From positions 1 through 25,513 of the IMG/VR virus record IMGVR_UViG_3300005805_000438: a stretch of 25,513 bases of DNA. One strand, given 5' to 3'. Below, in pieces: positions 15,960-24,645 of the stretch. The notes under the pieces are model-generated. The model ran no database searches, was not told the origin of the DNA, and saw only the letters and a program-made list of their open reading frames with translations. This DNA is from a virus. Its lineage: Duplodnaviria; Caudoviricetes. The position numbers and the translations under genes are program-made. How positions within the stretch are numbered: the stretch's first letter is position 1; the number at the start of each line of letters is the position of its first letter.

Positions 15960-17122
15960 CAAATTACGTTAAGAGTACAAATTTCGCTACCAAAGATGCG
16001 CTTGCATCTGGCAATCCGCTGAAGATTGTCAAGGGCGCAGAGATTGACACTGAGTTCAACAACATTGCTACGGCTGTTGCGACGAAGGCTGACTTAAACT
16101 CGCCAACTTTGGTCACACCGGCCCTTGGAACGCCTTCATCTGGTACGCTGACCAATTGCACATCACTCCCAATTGATGGTGGCACCACTGGAACTTTGCC
16201 TGTTGCTCGCGGTGGTACTGGCGTCACTACATCCACTGGGTCGGGCAACAATGTGCTATCTACTAGCCCAACACTGGTTACGCCAATACTTGGGACGCCA
16301 ACGTCTGGGACTTTAAGCAATTGCACATCACTGCCCATTGACGGAGGTACTACAGGTACGCTTCCGGTTGCTCGTGGCGGCACTGGAGTTACCACATCTA
16401 CGGGTAGCGGCAATGTTGTTCTGTCAACAAGCCCAACTTTGGTTACGCCCATTCTCGGTACGCCGACGTCAGGGACGCTTACTAACTGCACTGGTCTCCC
16501 CATGACGACGGGCGTGACCGGAACACTGCCTGTTGCCAACGGAGGCACGGGTGTCACAACTTCTACTGGATCTGGGTCTACTGTATTGAGTAACACCCCA
16601 ACCATAGCAAGTCCAACTTTTACAGGTACTCCCGCAGCGCCTACGGCATCTTCAGGGACTAATACGACTCAATTGGCAACAACTGCTTTTGTGCAAACCG
16701 CGTTGCAAGCGATATATCCTGTAGGCTCTGTTTACATCAATGCGACAAATGCAACTAATCCCGGCACGTTGCTTGGCTTCGGCACTTGGGCAGCGTTCGG
16801 TGCTGGCCGAGTCCCTGTTGGTTTTAATGCTAGCGACCCACTGTTTGATACTGCTGAAGAAACAGGCGGTTCTGCCGACGCCGTAGTGGTCAGCCACACG
16901 CATACGGCAACTGTTACAGACCCAGGCCACTCGCATGGGCTGCCTATTCAGAATGACTATGGTTACCCAGTTGGTTCTGGCGGTGCTCGTCAGGGTACTG
17001 GAACTACTACTGATTCAGCTACTACGGGTATCAGTGTGGCTATCAGCACCGCCGGCTCTTCCGGCACCAATGCCAACTACCAGCCTTATATAACCGTGTA
17101 CATGTGGAAACGGACTGCATGA
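15956..17122 (+). CDS. Tail fibre with 55-aa repeats and T4 gp10-like C-terminal domain
   Basis: N-terminal anchor EIDTEFNNIATAV, three repeats, fibre motif SPTFTGTPAAPT...TTQLATTAFV, IYPVGSVY...WAAFGAGRVPVG...QPYITVYMWKRTA, and HTH/HSH metal motifs. Confidence 0.85.
   Translation: MTNYVKSTNFATKDALASGNPLKIVKGAEIDTEFNNIATAVATKADLNSPTLVTPALGTPSSGTLTNCTSLPIDGGTTGTLPVARGGTGVTTSTGSGNNVLSTSPTLVTPILGTPTSGTLSNCTSLPIDGGTTGTLPVARGGTGVTTSTGSGNVVLSTSPTLVTPILGTPTSGTLTNCTGLPMTTGVTGTLPVANGGTGVTTSTGSGSTVLSNTPTIASPTFTGTPAAPTASSGTNTTQLATTAFVQTALQAIYPVGSVYINATNATNPGTLLGFGTWAAFGAGRVPVGFNASDPLFDTAEETGGSADAVVVSHTHTATVTDPGHSHGLPIQNDYGYPVGSGGARQGTGTTTDSATTGISVAISTAGSSGTNANYQPYITVYMWKRTA
16100..16594 (+). repeat. 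Three tandem 165-nt (55-aa) repeats
   Basis: SPTLVTP.LGTP.SGTL.NCT.LP...GTLPVA.GGTGVTTSTGSG units start at 16100, 16265 and 16430. Confidence 0.93.
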
Positions 17123-17412
17123 TCACACACCACTTCAGCGATGGTCTGTACGCTAAGGAAGCAAGATTTCCTGCTGGCGTGGCTATCTTGAAGCACACCC
17201 ATGAATTTAGCCACTTGTCGATCTTGGCTAAGGGTAAAGTAGCGGTCATGAAGGGTGAGGACGTTGAGATCATCAATGCCCCGGCATGTATAGAGATTAA
17301 AGCAGGTTTAACGCATGGCGTTAAAGCTCTAGAAGATTGTGTATGGTTTTGCATCCATGCTACGGACGAGACAGATGTGTCCAAGGTGGATGATGTTTTG
17401 ATGGGGGTTTGA
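17119..17412 (+). CDS. Cupin-fold (RmlC-like) protein
   Basis: HHFSDGLYAKE...KHTHEFSH...GK...AP..I..KAG..H pattern of a metal-binding cupin; ATGA overlap at 17119. Confidence 0.7.
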   Translation: MITHHFSDGLYAKEARFPAGVAILKHTHEFSHLSILAKGKVAVMKGEDVEIINAPACIEIKAGLTHGVKALEDCVWFCIHATDETDVSKVDDVLMGV

Positions 17413-17413
17413 T

Positions 17414-19087
17414 ATGCCTATAACAGCGGCGTTAATTGGTGATGGGGCTTCATTGCTCGGCGGCTTATTTGGAGGAAGATCAGCCCAGCGTGCAGCAGAA
17501 GAACAATCACGGGCGCAGATTGAAGCTGCGCGTATTGCTGCTGAAGAGGCGCGTTTCCGTCCGGTTGGCGTAACAAGCCGCTTTGGTCGCTCAATGTTTG
17601 AGTATGGCCCAGAGGGTCGAGTCACTGGTGCTGGTTACGAGGTATCTCCTGAACTTCGCGCCTATCAAGACCGCCTGATGGGTCTTGCTGGACGAGGACT
17701 GACTCAAGCAGAACAGGCACAGGCTCTCTATGCGCCTCTTATGGGCGCTGCTGGCGGTTTGTTTGGTGCTGGTCAGCAATATCTGACAACTCCTGCTGAT
17801 CAGCGCCTTGGAGAGCTTGCTGGTCGGTATCTTGGTGGTCCTGCCGAGATTGGTGTTGGCGCTATTGGACAGGGTTTGCTTGGGCGCCCTATTGACCAAG
17901 AGATTCTGAACATTGCTCGTCAACAACTAGCCCCATCGGGTGGCACTGAAGCGGCGTTTGGAGAGGCCAGCAGGCGTCTTCTTGCTCAACCAGCAGATCA
18001 GCAACTGGTAGACATTGCTCGTCAGCAGTTGGCGGCTCCTTCTGGCGCCCAGGCTCTGACAAGCTTGGGCGCTCAATACGTTGCACAGTCTCCGCAAGAG
18101 GCTGCACAGCAATACATGGCGCGTCAGCAAGAGCTTTTGGCGCCTACCCGCGAGCGTCAATACGCGCAGTTGCAGAACCAGTTGTACCAGACTGGGCGAA
18201 GTGGCTTGGCTGTTGGTGCTACTGGCGCTCGTCCGAGTGGCGCTGCTGGCTTGGGCGCAACGACTCCTGAGACTGAGGCTTACTACAACGCGCTTGCTCA
18301 GCAGGACGCTGCACTTGCTGCTCAAGCTCAACAGGCTGGTCAACAGCAAGCTCAGTTTGGCGCTGGGTTGCTTGGCACAGGTCAGGCTTTGGGTCAGGGT
18401 CAGATTGGCTTTGGTGCTGATTTGCTGGCTCGTCAGCAAGCTCAAGAGGCACAGCGACTTGGGTTAGCCTCTACTCTTGCCGGGCAAGAACAAGCGCTTG
18501 GGCAGGGCAGGCTTGGATTTGGCGTTAATCTGTTGTCCGGTGAACAGGCTAGGGAGCTTGCGCGGATTGGTGCTGGCGCTGGCTTGATTGGTCAGGAACA
18601 GGCGCTTGGTTTGTCTCGGTATGGATTCGGTGCTGATCTTCTTGGTCGGCAACAGGCGCTGGAGCAGGGGCGCCTTGGGTTTGGTGCTGGTTTGTTTGGC
18701 ACTGCTGGCAATCTGTTGGGTCAGATGTATGGCGGTCAGACGGCTGCTCTTGCCCCATATCAAGCCTATCTGGGCGGTGCAACGAGCTTGGAGAGCCTTG
18801 GTCAGCAACCACTTGATGTTGGGATCAATCTTGGTGCTAAAGGTATGAGCCCGACTGCTGCAAGTGCTTTATTGGCTGGTGGCATGGGAGCAGCATCATC
18901 AATGGCGGCTGCCAACGCATACAACCCGTTTGCTGATTTCTTGACTATGGGCTCTCGCAACCCTCAATTTACCCAAGGTCTTTCTAGGTTGTTTGGCGGT
19001 GGCACTGGACCGGCTCTTGATTACAGTTCACCAATCTATGGTGGCTATTCATTGAATCAACTTCAAACTATGCCTTACGGTGTTTAA
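17414..19087 (+). CDS. Ejection/pilot protein 1 (G/A/Q-rich)
   Basis: Hydrophobic G-rich N-terminus (ASLLGGLFG), Q/A-rich helices and repeat arrays; first of three large ORFs before the lysis genes. Confidence 0.72.
   Translation: MPITAALIGDGASLLGGLFGGRSAQRAAEEQSRAQIEAARIAAEEARFRPVGVTSRFGRSMFEYGPEGRVTGAGYEVSPELRAYQDRLMGLAGRGLTQAEQAQALYAPLMGAAGGLFGAGQQYLTTPADQRLGELAGRYLGGPAEIGVGAIGQGLLGRPIDQEILNIARQQLAPSGGTEAAFGEASRRLLAQPADQQLVDIARQQLAAPSGAQALTSLGAQYVAQSPQEAAQQYMARQQELLAPTRERQYAQLQNQLYQTGRSGLAVGATGARPSGAAGLGATTPETEAYYNALAQQDAALAAQAQQAGQQQAQFGAGLLGTGQALGQGQIGFGADLLARQQAQEAQRLGLASTLAGQEQALGQGRLGFGVNLLSGEQARELARIGAGAGLIGQEQALGLSRYGFGADLLGRQQALEQGRLGFGAGLFGTAGNLLGQMYGGQTAALAPYQAYLGGATSLESLGQQPLDVGINLGAKGMSPTAASALLAGGMGAASSMAAANAYNPFADFLTMGSRNPQFTQGLSRLFGGGTGPALDYSSPIYGGYSLNQLQTMPYGV
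18341..18718 (+). repeat. Seven 18-aa repeats
   Basis: QQQAQFGAGLLGTGQALG / QGQIGFGADLLARQQAQE / AQRLGLASTLAGQEQALG / QGRLGFGVNLLSGEQARE / LARIGAGAGLIGQEQALG / LSRYGFGADLLGRQQALE / QGRLGFGAGLFGTAGNLL. Confidence 0.85.
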
Positions 19088-19099
19088 TAAGGACTGATC

Positions 19100-20800
19100 A
19101 TGGCAGAAATCGTTGGATCATTGTTTGGCGTAACGCCAGAGGACTACCAGCAAGCTAGGCAAGCACAGGCCGATAAGATGGCCTTGGACTTTGCCAAACT
19201 TGATCCTTTTCAGAGTGCAAGGTTTGCCATTGGCCGTGGTGCTTATGGCTTGGCTGGCGCTCTCGGAGGTGCGTTGGGCGCTCAAGATCCGCAGTTGCAG
19301 CTAATCAGCGCTAGGAATGCTATTTCCAAGCAGATTGACTACAACGATCCTGCGTCAATCATGCAAGGTGTGCAGTCATTGTCACAAGCTGGAGACACGG
19401 TTGGTGCGATGCAACTTGCAGATGTGGCCCGTAAGCTGCAAAGCGAGATGGCTCAGACATTTCAGCGCACGGCTGCTGGTCGCGCTTCATTGGCACAGGC
19501 GTCGAAAAGTCAAGCGGAAATCGACGAGATCAAACTTCAACAACGGGTTTTTGACGCTCTTACCGGGAAAGCGCCGCCCGCTGCTGCACCAGCCAAGGCT
19601 ATGCCCGCCATGCCAGCTGCTGCACTTACGCCTGAAGGTGAGCTTGTTGCCGCGCCAATTGGCGCAATGCCATCGCCCGTAACTTTGCCTGTCGCTGCCG
19701 ACGCGACTGCGCCTCCGGGCGAAACGTCCCTTGCATATCTTCAGCGACAGTTTGGTATGCCGGGCGCTGCTGCTGCTCCACCGGATGCTGCACCTGCTGC
19801 TGCTGCACCGGCCCAAACGCGGGCTACGCTGAACCAGCAAATTGCCACATTGGAGAGCCGGCGTGGTCAGCTATTGGCTCTTACAAAAATTCCAGCAGCC
19901 AAGGCAGAAGCCGATGTGCTTGGCGATCAAATCAAAGATTTGCGGTCGCAACTCAAGCCCACAGAGCTTACGAATTTGGAGCGTGAGATCGACCAACTTC
20001 GCGCTGAAGGTGCGGTTGATACCGATCCTCGCATCAAGACTCGTCTGGACAAAATTGTTAAACTTTCAGCCCCAACTTCGGAGCGTTTTGGTGAGTTTGC
20101 CGAGCGCGTTGCAATGGCTGAATACGGTAAGCCTTTCGGGCAACTAACGCAAGAACAGCGCAAAGAAGTCAATAGGCAGGTTGATGAAAGTAAAGGCAGA
20201 ACAGCCGAGCGAGGCGCGGCTAAGTTTACGGTCACTCAAGAATCCGAATTTGCTAAACAGTTGGGCGCCGCGCAAGGAACGCGGTACAAAGACGCGATTG
20301 GCCTGCGTGATAACGCTATATCCGCGCTCAACACGTTCGATCAACTGTCTAAACTCAATGACCAAGGGCTTATCAGCGGTTCGTTTGCGACCGGTCGCGT
20401 GGGAGCCACAAATCTGCTCAACACGTTGGGTCTTATTTCGCCTGCGGATTCCGCCACGTTAGCGCGCTCGGAGAACTACCAAAAAGTTGCGGGGGATGCG
20501 ATTTTGGCTGCGCTCGGCGGCAAACTCGGCGCAGGCTTCTCTAACGAGGACCGTAAGTTCATCCAAGGACTAGTGCCACAGTTGGAGAATAGCCCCGCCG
20601 CCCGTAGGCAACTCATTGACTTTATGGCCTCTAAAAACCGCGCTATTGTCGGTGAGACCACAAGACTCATTGACTACGCTGAAAATAAGCGTACGCTTAA
20701 CGGGTTTGTTCCATCGGTCCCGTTGCCGGGCAGAGGCGGCCTGCAAGGCTTGTCTGACGAAGATTTGCGTAGGCGTTATGAAGCAGCGAGGAAAAAATAA
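19100..20800 (+). CDS. Ejection protein 2
   Basis: AAGGA RBS; helical with a central Ala/Pro-rich linker; position in the internal-protein module; TAATG coupling. Confidence 0.68.
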   Translation: MAEIVGSLFGVTPEDYQQARQAQADKMALDFAKLDPFQSARFAIGRGAYGLAGALGGALGAQDPQLQLISARNAISKQIDYNDPASIMQGVQSLSQAGDTVGAMQLADVARKLQSEMAQTFQRTAAGRASLAQASKSQAEIDEIKLQQRVFDALTGKAPPAAAPAKAMPAMPAAALTPEGELVAAPIGAMPSPVTLPVAADATAPPGETSLAYLQRQFGMPGAAAAPPDAAPAAAAPAQTRATLNQQIATLESRRGQLLALTKIPAAKAEADVLGDQIKDLRSQLKPTELTNLEREIDQLRAEGAVDTDPRIKTRLDKIVKLSAPTSERFGEFAERVAMAEYGKPFGQLTQEQRKEVNRQVDESKGRTAERGAAKFTVTQESEFAKQLGAAQGTRYKDAIGLRDNAISALNTFDQLSKLNDQGLISGSFATGRVGATNLLNTLGLISPADSATLARSENYQKVAGDAILAALGGKLGAGFSNEDRKFIQGLVPQLENSPAARRQLIDFMASKNRAIVGETTRLIDYAENKRTLNGFVPSVPLPGRGGLQGLSDEDLRRRYEAARKK

Positions 20801-22884
20801 TGGCTACTGTTCAGGAACTTGAAGATGAGATGCGCCAGCGCGGTATGCTGGTGTCTGAAGAGAGCGTGTTGGCTGGACCTAAGACAACGCCTCAACAACT
20901 GCAAACTTTTGGAGAGTCTTTACTCAAAGGCTCAGCGCGTGGTGTTGTTGGGATACTTGGCGGTTGGGGCAATCTATATGATTACCTCAATAAAAGCAAA
21001 AATCCAAGTGCGTTCTCCTCTGCTGGAATTATGCAGGGTATCAAGGACCTGACTGGCATAGACATCAATAAAATACAGGGCTACCCTGGAGCATATGAGT
21101 TTGGAGCAGCTGGTGGGCCTGCTGCGGCATTCACTGCACTGGGTGTTCCGGGTCTGTTTTCCAGATCTATCCCTGGCGTTGCGGCAGAATTTGGCGTTGC
21201 CGGTTCCACTGGTATGCTGGCTCAATCTATTGCTCCAGAGAGCATGGCCGCACAATTAGCGATACAAAGCGCTCCATTTGCCGCCAAAGCTGCATATCAA
21301 GCAACACAACGAGCTGTTAACGCACCTCAAGGGCCATTCCCAACAACTTCTGAAACACAAGAATTGTTGCGTGTTGGCAGGATGACTCCTGGAGAACTAT
21401 CTCAAAATAGGCCTCAACTCGCTACTGAAGCACGAGTAGAGGCATCTCCATCTAGTGGACAAGCGCCGATTGCTTTTCGTAGAGGTCAAGCCCTTGATGT
21501 TGAGGGATTCTTGACTAATCTCTTTGAGAGGTCAGCAGGCGCACCAGTTGGCATGGCTCGCGCACAAGCCACCACAGAGTCTGTTTTTAACGCCTTCAAC
21601 AATTTTGGCAAAGCTTTGTCGGGCAAACTTCGATCTGATGCTGCGCGTGACTTTGGAGCAGCTAAACGGGCTGGAGGCATGATTGACACAGCACCAGTTT
21701 TGGATTCAGCTAAGCGCAGTCTTTCAGCCATCTCTCCAGAAGAGCCTGGCTTTGCAACGCTCAAACAGTCGTTGGATAAGATTATTGAAGAGTACGCAAT
21801 TCCAGCGCAACCAGCTAAAACCACTCCATCTACTGTTCTTGGCCCAACAGGTGAACCTGCCACTGTCACTGTGACGCCAGAAGTGCCAGCCTCATCTCGC
21901 AAAATTGACATCAAGCGCCTGCAAGACAACTTGGCTGTTTGGGGTGATGCTGCTTATTCTGGGAAAGCAGATTTTGGCAAAGGGAACATTTTTGAAGGCG
22001 TGGCCCCAGGTAAAGCCAAGGGAATTGCACTCAATATTTTGCAAGGCTTTCGTCAATCGCTGGATGATGCTATTGATGCGAAGGTCGCTGGGGCTGATCA
22101 ACTTGTCCAAGCGCGCAACAATTTTCGGGACAACATCAAACGCATCGAAGAGTTTTCAAATCGCCCTCTTACCAAAGAATTTGATGTTCCTGACGTATCC
22201 GCGCTAGTCCCAGAAGATGTTATATCAAAGCTTAAGCGGAAGCCTGCATCACAACAAGCGTTGCTTATTGAGGTGATGCAATCTAGCCCTAATGCAGATG
22301 TCGCAGCAGTATTAGATACCATACGCCGGTCTAGGATGGATGAAATTCTTTCCAAAGGCCAAGGCCCTGACATTCAAAAACTATCTCGCGCTTTGCAATC
22401 CAAAGGAGATCTTGCAACGCTGTTTCCAAATCCAAAAGATTTGCAAGACGCACAATTGGCTGTCAAATTTATGGAGCAAGTATCGTCCAAAGAAAGTGCT
22501 AGTGGTGTAGGTGGCAGACCATCTACGGCATATGCGGCTACACGAGTAGCTGGAGGAACATCAGCAGCAGGCTTAATTGCTAGTGAGTTTGCCTCATTAA
22601 TTAACTCCACATTGTCTAGCCCTTCTGCTCTATCAAAAATGATTTTTGAGCCAGACAACAGAACATTGCTATTAAATTTGGCCAAGAAAAAAACACCAGC
22701 AGAAAAATCACTTGAAATCATTAAAACTCTTGCTCAGAACACAGGAGTGATTGCTGTTCGTGGAGGACCAGCATTAGATGTCGGCGCTCCTGAGTCTTTA
22801 GAAACTTCAGTTCCGACAAATAAAGCCATTGATGAGGCCAAGGATCTTGAAGATGAAATGCGCCGCCGTGGATTTCTCCAATGA
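20800..22884 (+). CDS. Ejection protein 3 (large DNA-transfer protein)
   Basis: 694 aa; G/A-rich hydrophobic segments near the N-terminus; last gene before the holin. Confidence 0.68.
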   Translation: MATVQELEDEMRQRGMLVSEESVLAGPKTTPQQLQTFGESLLKGSARGVVGILGGWGNLYDYLNKSKNPSAFSSAGIMQGIKDLTGIDINKIQGYPGAYEFGAAGGPAAAFTALGVPGLFSRSIPGVAAEFGVAGSTGMLAQSIAPESMAAQLAIQSAPFAAKAAYQATQRAVNAPQGPFPTTSETQELLRVGRMTPGELSQNRPQLATEARVEASPSSGQAPIAFRRGQALDVEGFLTNLFERSAGAPVGMARAQATTESVFNAFNNFGKALSGKLRSDAARDFGAAKRAGGMIDTAPVLDSAKRSLSAISPEEPGFATLKQSLDKIIEEYAIPAQPAKTTPSTVLGPTGEPATVTVTPEVPASSRKIDIKRLQDNLAVWGDAAYSGKADFGKGNIFEGVAPGKAKGIALNILQGFRQSLDDAIDAKVAGADQLVQARNNFRDNIKRIEEFSNRPLTKEFDVPDVSALVPEDVISKLKRKPASQQALLIEVMQSSPNADVAAVLDTIRRSRMDEILSKGQGPDIQKLSRALQSKGDLATLFPNPKDLQDAQLAVKFMEQVSSKESASGVGGRPSTAYAATRVAGGTSAAGLIASEFASLINSTLSSPSALSKMIFEPDNRTLLLNLAKKKTPAEKSLEIIKTLAQNTGVIAVRGGPALDVGAPESLETSVPTNKAIDEAKDLEDEMRRRGFLQ

Positions 22885-22900
22885 TGCAAAGGAAAGTTAA

Positions 22901-23416
22901 ATGCTAACCCTTCTCTCCACTGTTGTATCGTTCCTGATGGGTGGTTTGCCTAAGATCCTGGACTTCTTTCAGGACAAGGCAGACAAGAAGCATGAGCTTG
23001 AACTGGCTCGTATGCAGACTGAGCGTGAGCTTCAAATGCTGGAGCGCGGCTATGCTGCCCAGGCTAGGGTCGAGGAGATCAGGCTTGATCAAATCCAGGC
23101 CAATGCAGAGATGCAGCAACAGCAGACGCTGATCCAGGCTCAACAGGCCGAGATGCAAGCGGTCTATGCTCACGATATGAGTCTCAATGAGGGCACCAGC
23201 ACCTGGATGAAAAATCTGCGAGCCAGTGTACGCCCGGTGATCACCTATGGCTTCTTCTTCCTGCTTGTGGCAATCGATCTTGGCTTGTTTCTATACGGCT
23301 GGAACCGTGGAGTAGACTTCAAGCAGTTGGCTGATATGCTGTGGGACACTGAAACGGCTACCCTGTTTGCGTCCATCATCGCATTCCATTTTGGTGGCCG
23401 TGCATTCGGTAAATGA
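22901..23416 (+). CDS. Holin (GTA 3TM-holin-like)
   Basis: Hydrophobic N-terminus, coiled coil, LRASVRPVITY plus TM, C-terminal IIAFHFGGRAFGK; adjacent to the endolysin. Confidence 0.8.
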   Translation: MLTLLSTVVSFLMGGLPKILDFFQDKADKKHELELARMQTERELQMLERGYAAQARVEEIRLDQIQANAEMQQQQTLIQAQQAEMQAVYAHDMSLNEGTSTWMKNLRASVRPVITYGFFFLLVAIDLGLFLYGWNRGVDFKQLADMLWDTETATLFASIIAFHFGGRAFGK

Positions 23417-23892
23417 AAGTCTCAAACAAGTTAATCGAGATGATCAAGCACGACGAGGGAGTGCGGGTCAAGCCATATCGTTGCCCGGCGTTGCTGTGGA
23501 CTGTTGGCGTTGGTCATGTCATTGATCAAAGCCATATCAAGATTCCACTTGAAGAGCGCAAAACTCTTTCGATCCCTGCTGGCTGGGACCGAACTCTGAG
23601 TATGGATGAAGTCAATGCAATACTTGCTAAAGATCTTGAGAACTTTGAGCGAGGTGTACTGCGACTTGCTCCTAATCTTGCTGGGCATCAAAGTAAGTTT
23701 GATGCTTGTGTCTCTTTCAGCTTCAATGTAGGGCTGGGCAACTTCCAGCGCAGCACCATCCGCATGAAGATCCAGCGGGAAGAATGGGAAGCGGCTGCTG
23801 ACTCATTCCTGCAATGGACTAAAGCAGGTGGAAAAGAGCTTCCTGGGCTTGTCAAGCGCAGGAAAGGCGAGAGGGCTCTATTCCTTTCGTAG
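23413..23892 (+). CDS. Endolysin, GH24 lysozyme
   Basis: Catalytic E-x8-C-x5-T (EGVRVKPYRCPALLWT), VGVGH, FDA.VSFSFNVG.G, W.KAGG..LPGLVKRR..E..LF. Confidence 0.95.
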   Translation: MKVSNKLIEMIKHDEGVRVKPYRCPALLWTVGVGHVIDQSHIKIPLEERKTLSIPAGWDRTLSMDEVNAILAKDLENFERGVLRLAPNLAGHQSKFDACVSFSFNVGLGNFQRSTIRMKIQREEWEAAADSFLQWTKAGGKELPGLVKRRKGERALFLS

Positions 23893-24087
23893 AAGCGTTC
23901 TGTAGGCTTCTAGGGCTGCTTTGATGTCAAGTTTGAGGTCTTGGATCTCGTCTTCCTGAGATCTCATCTTCTCATAGGCATCTTTGGCAAAGTTAGCCAG
24001 GTTTTCGTGGCTCCAGCTTGCGAAATCTGGCCCCGCCGTGAGACTTTGAGGGGACTTGTCTCTCTTCAGTGGTAAAACGATGCTCAT
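23878..24087 (-). CDS. Small coiled-coil hypothetical protein
   Basis: [22 protein letters not shown]...[16 protein letters not shown]; ATGA-coupled to the upstream ORF at 24084-24087. Confidence 0.65.
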   Translation of the reverse strand: MSIVLPLKRDKSPQSLTAGPDFASWSHENLANFAKDAYEKMRSQEDEIQDLKLDIKAALEAYRTLLRKE

Positions 24088-24175
24088 TGCCGCACTCTCT
24101 GATTCTCTGAACGTACTCTTCCATCTTCTTGGTCAATTTTACTTCTGTCCATTTTCCGCATGTTGGGCACTTCAC
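23993..24175 (-). CDS. NrdR-N-terminal-like zinc-ribbon protein (putative regulator)
   Basis: GTG start 8 nt after GGAG; MKCPTC...[15 protein letters not shown]. Confidence 0.72.
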   Translation of the reverse strand: MKCPTCGKWTEVKLTKKMEEYVQRIRECGNEHRFTTEERQVPSKSHGGARFRKLEPRKPG

Positions 24176-24272
24176 TTAGTGGTCTCCATCCAAATTTTCT
24201 CCATGTTGCCTGGATGTCTGTAGCTGCTGCTGAGACATACTTAAAGTTGGGGTCTAGGATACGAGATTTCAT
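24084..24272 (-). CDS. Hypothetical protein
   Basis: ATG 24272 with AAGGGAGA RBS; [28 protein letters not shown]; ATGA overlaps at both ends. Confidence 0.65.
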   Translation of the reverse strand: MKSRILDPNFKYVSAAATDIQATWRKFGWRPLSEVPNMRKMDRSKIDQEDGRVRSENQRVRQ

Positions 24273-24370
24273 AGGATCTCCCTTGCGATCAACCATATTA
24301 CAAGCGCTGTCATTGCAAAGATCAGCAGCTTTCCCTTAAAGATTCGGCGTTTTATTTCCTCGCTGGGCAT
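24269..24370 (-). CDS. 33-aa single-TM peptide (not in ORF track)
   Basis: GGGGAG RBS; [33 protein letters not shown]; ATGA overlap with the next gene. Confidence 0.65.
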   Translation of the reverse strand: MPSEEIKRRIFKGKLLIFAMTALVIWLIAREIL

Positions 24371-24645
24371 AGTCTCCCCTGTTCACATTGTTGGTTACAG
24401 GGTGGGCATGTTTGAAACGCAGGCCAGTCATCAAACAAAGGCATATCATCTGGCATAGACCTGATGGCCTCTGCTGCTGGGCTTACCCATTCCCAAGAGC
24501 CGTCTTTCTTGACCAGCTTGTGCTTGCGCTCTTCTTCATCTGCAATGTTGGCGCATCGGACACGCTGGATGTTGAGCAGTTCTCTGGCAAAGCCAATGAC
24601 TTCTTGATGCTTGCGCCATAGAGTCACGATTTCATTGTTTGTCAT
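24352..24645 (-). CDS. Hypothetical protein with C-terminal CPPC.QQC.QGR.CP motif
   Basis: ATGA-coupled; four-Cys C-terminal motif. Confidence 0.7.
   Translation of the reverse strand: MTNNEIVTLWRKHQEVIGFARELLNIQRVRCANIADEEERKHKLVKKDGSWEWVSPAAEAIRSMPDDMPLFDDWPAFQTCPPCNQQCEQGRLCPARK

Noticed and set aside
15964-16605. 213-aa antisense ORF with repeats
   Set aside because: Mirror of the fibre repeats; no independent coding evidence.
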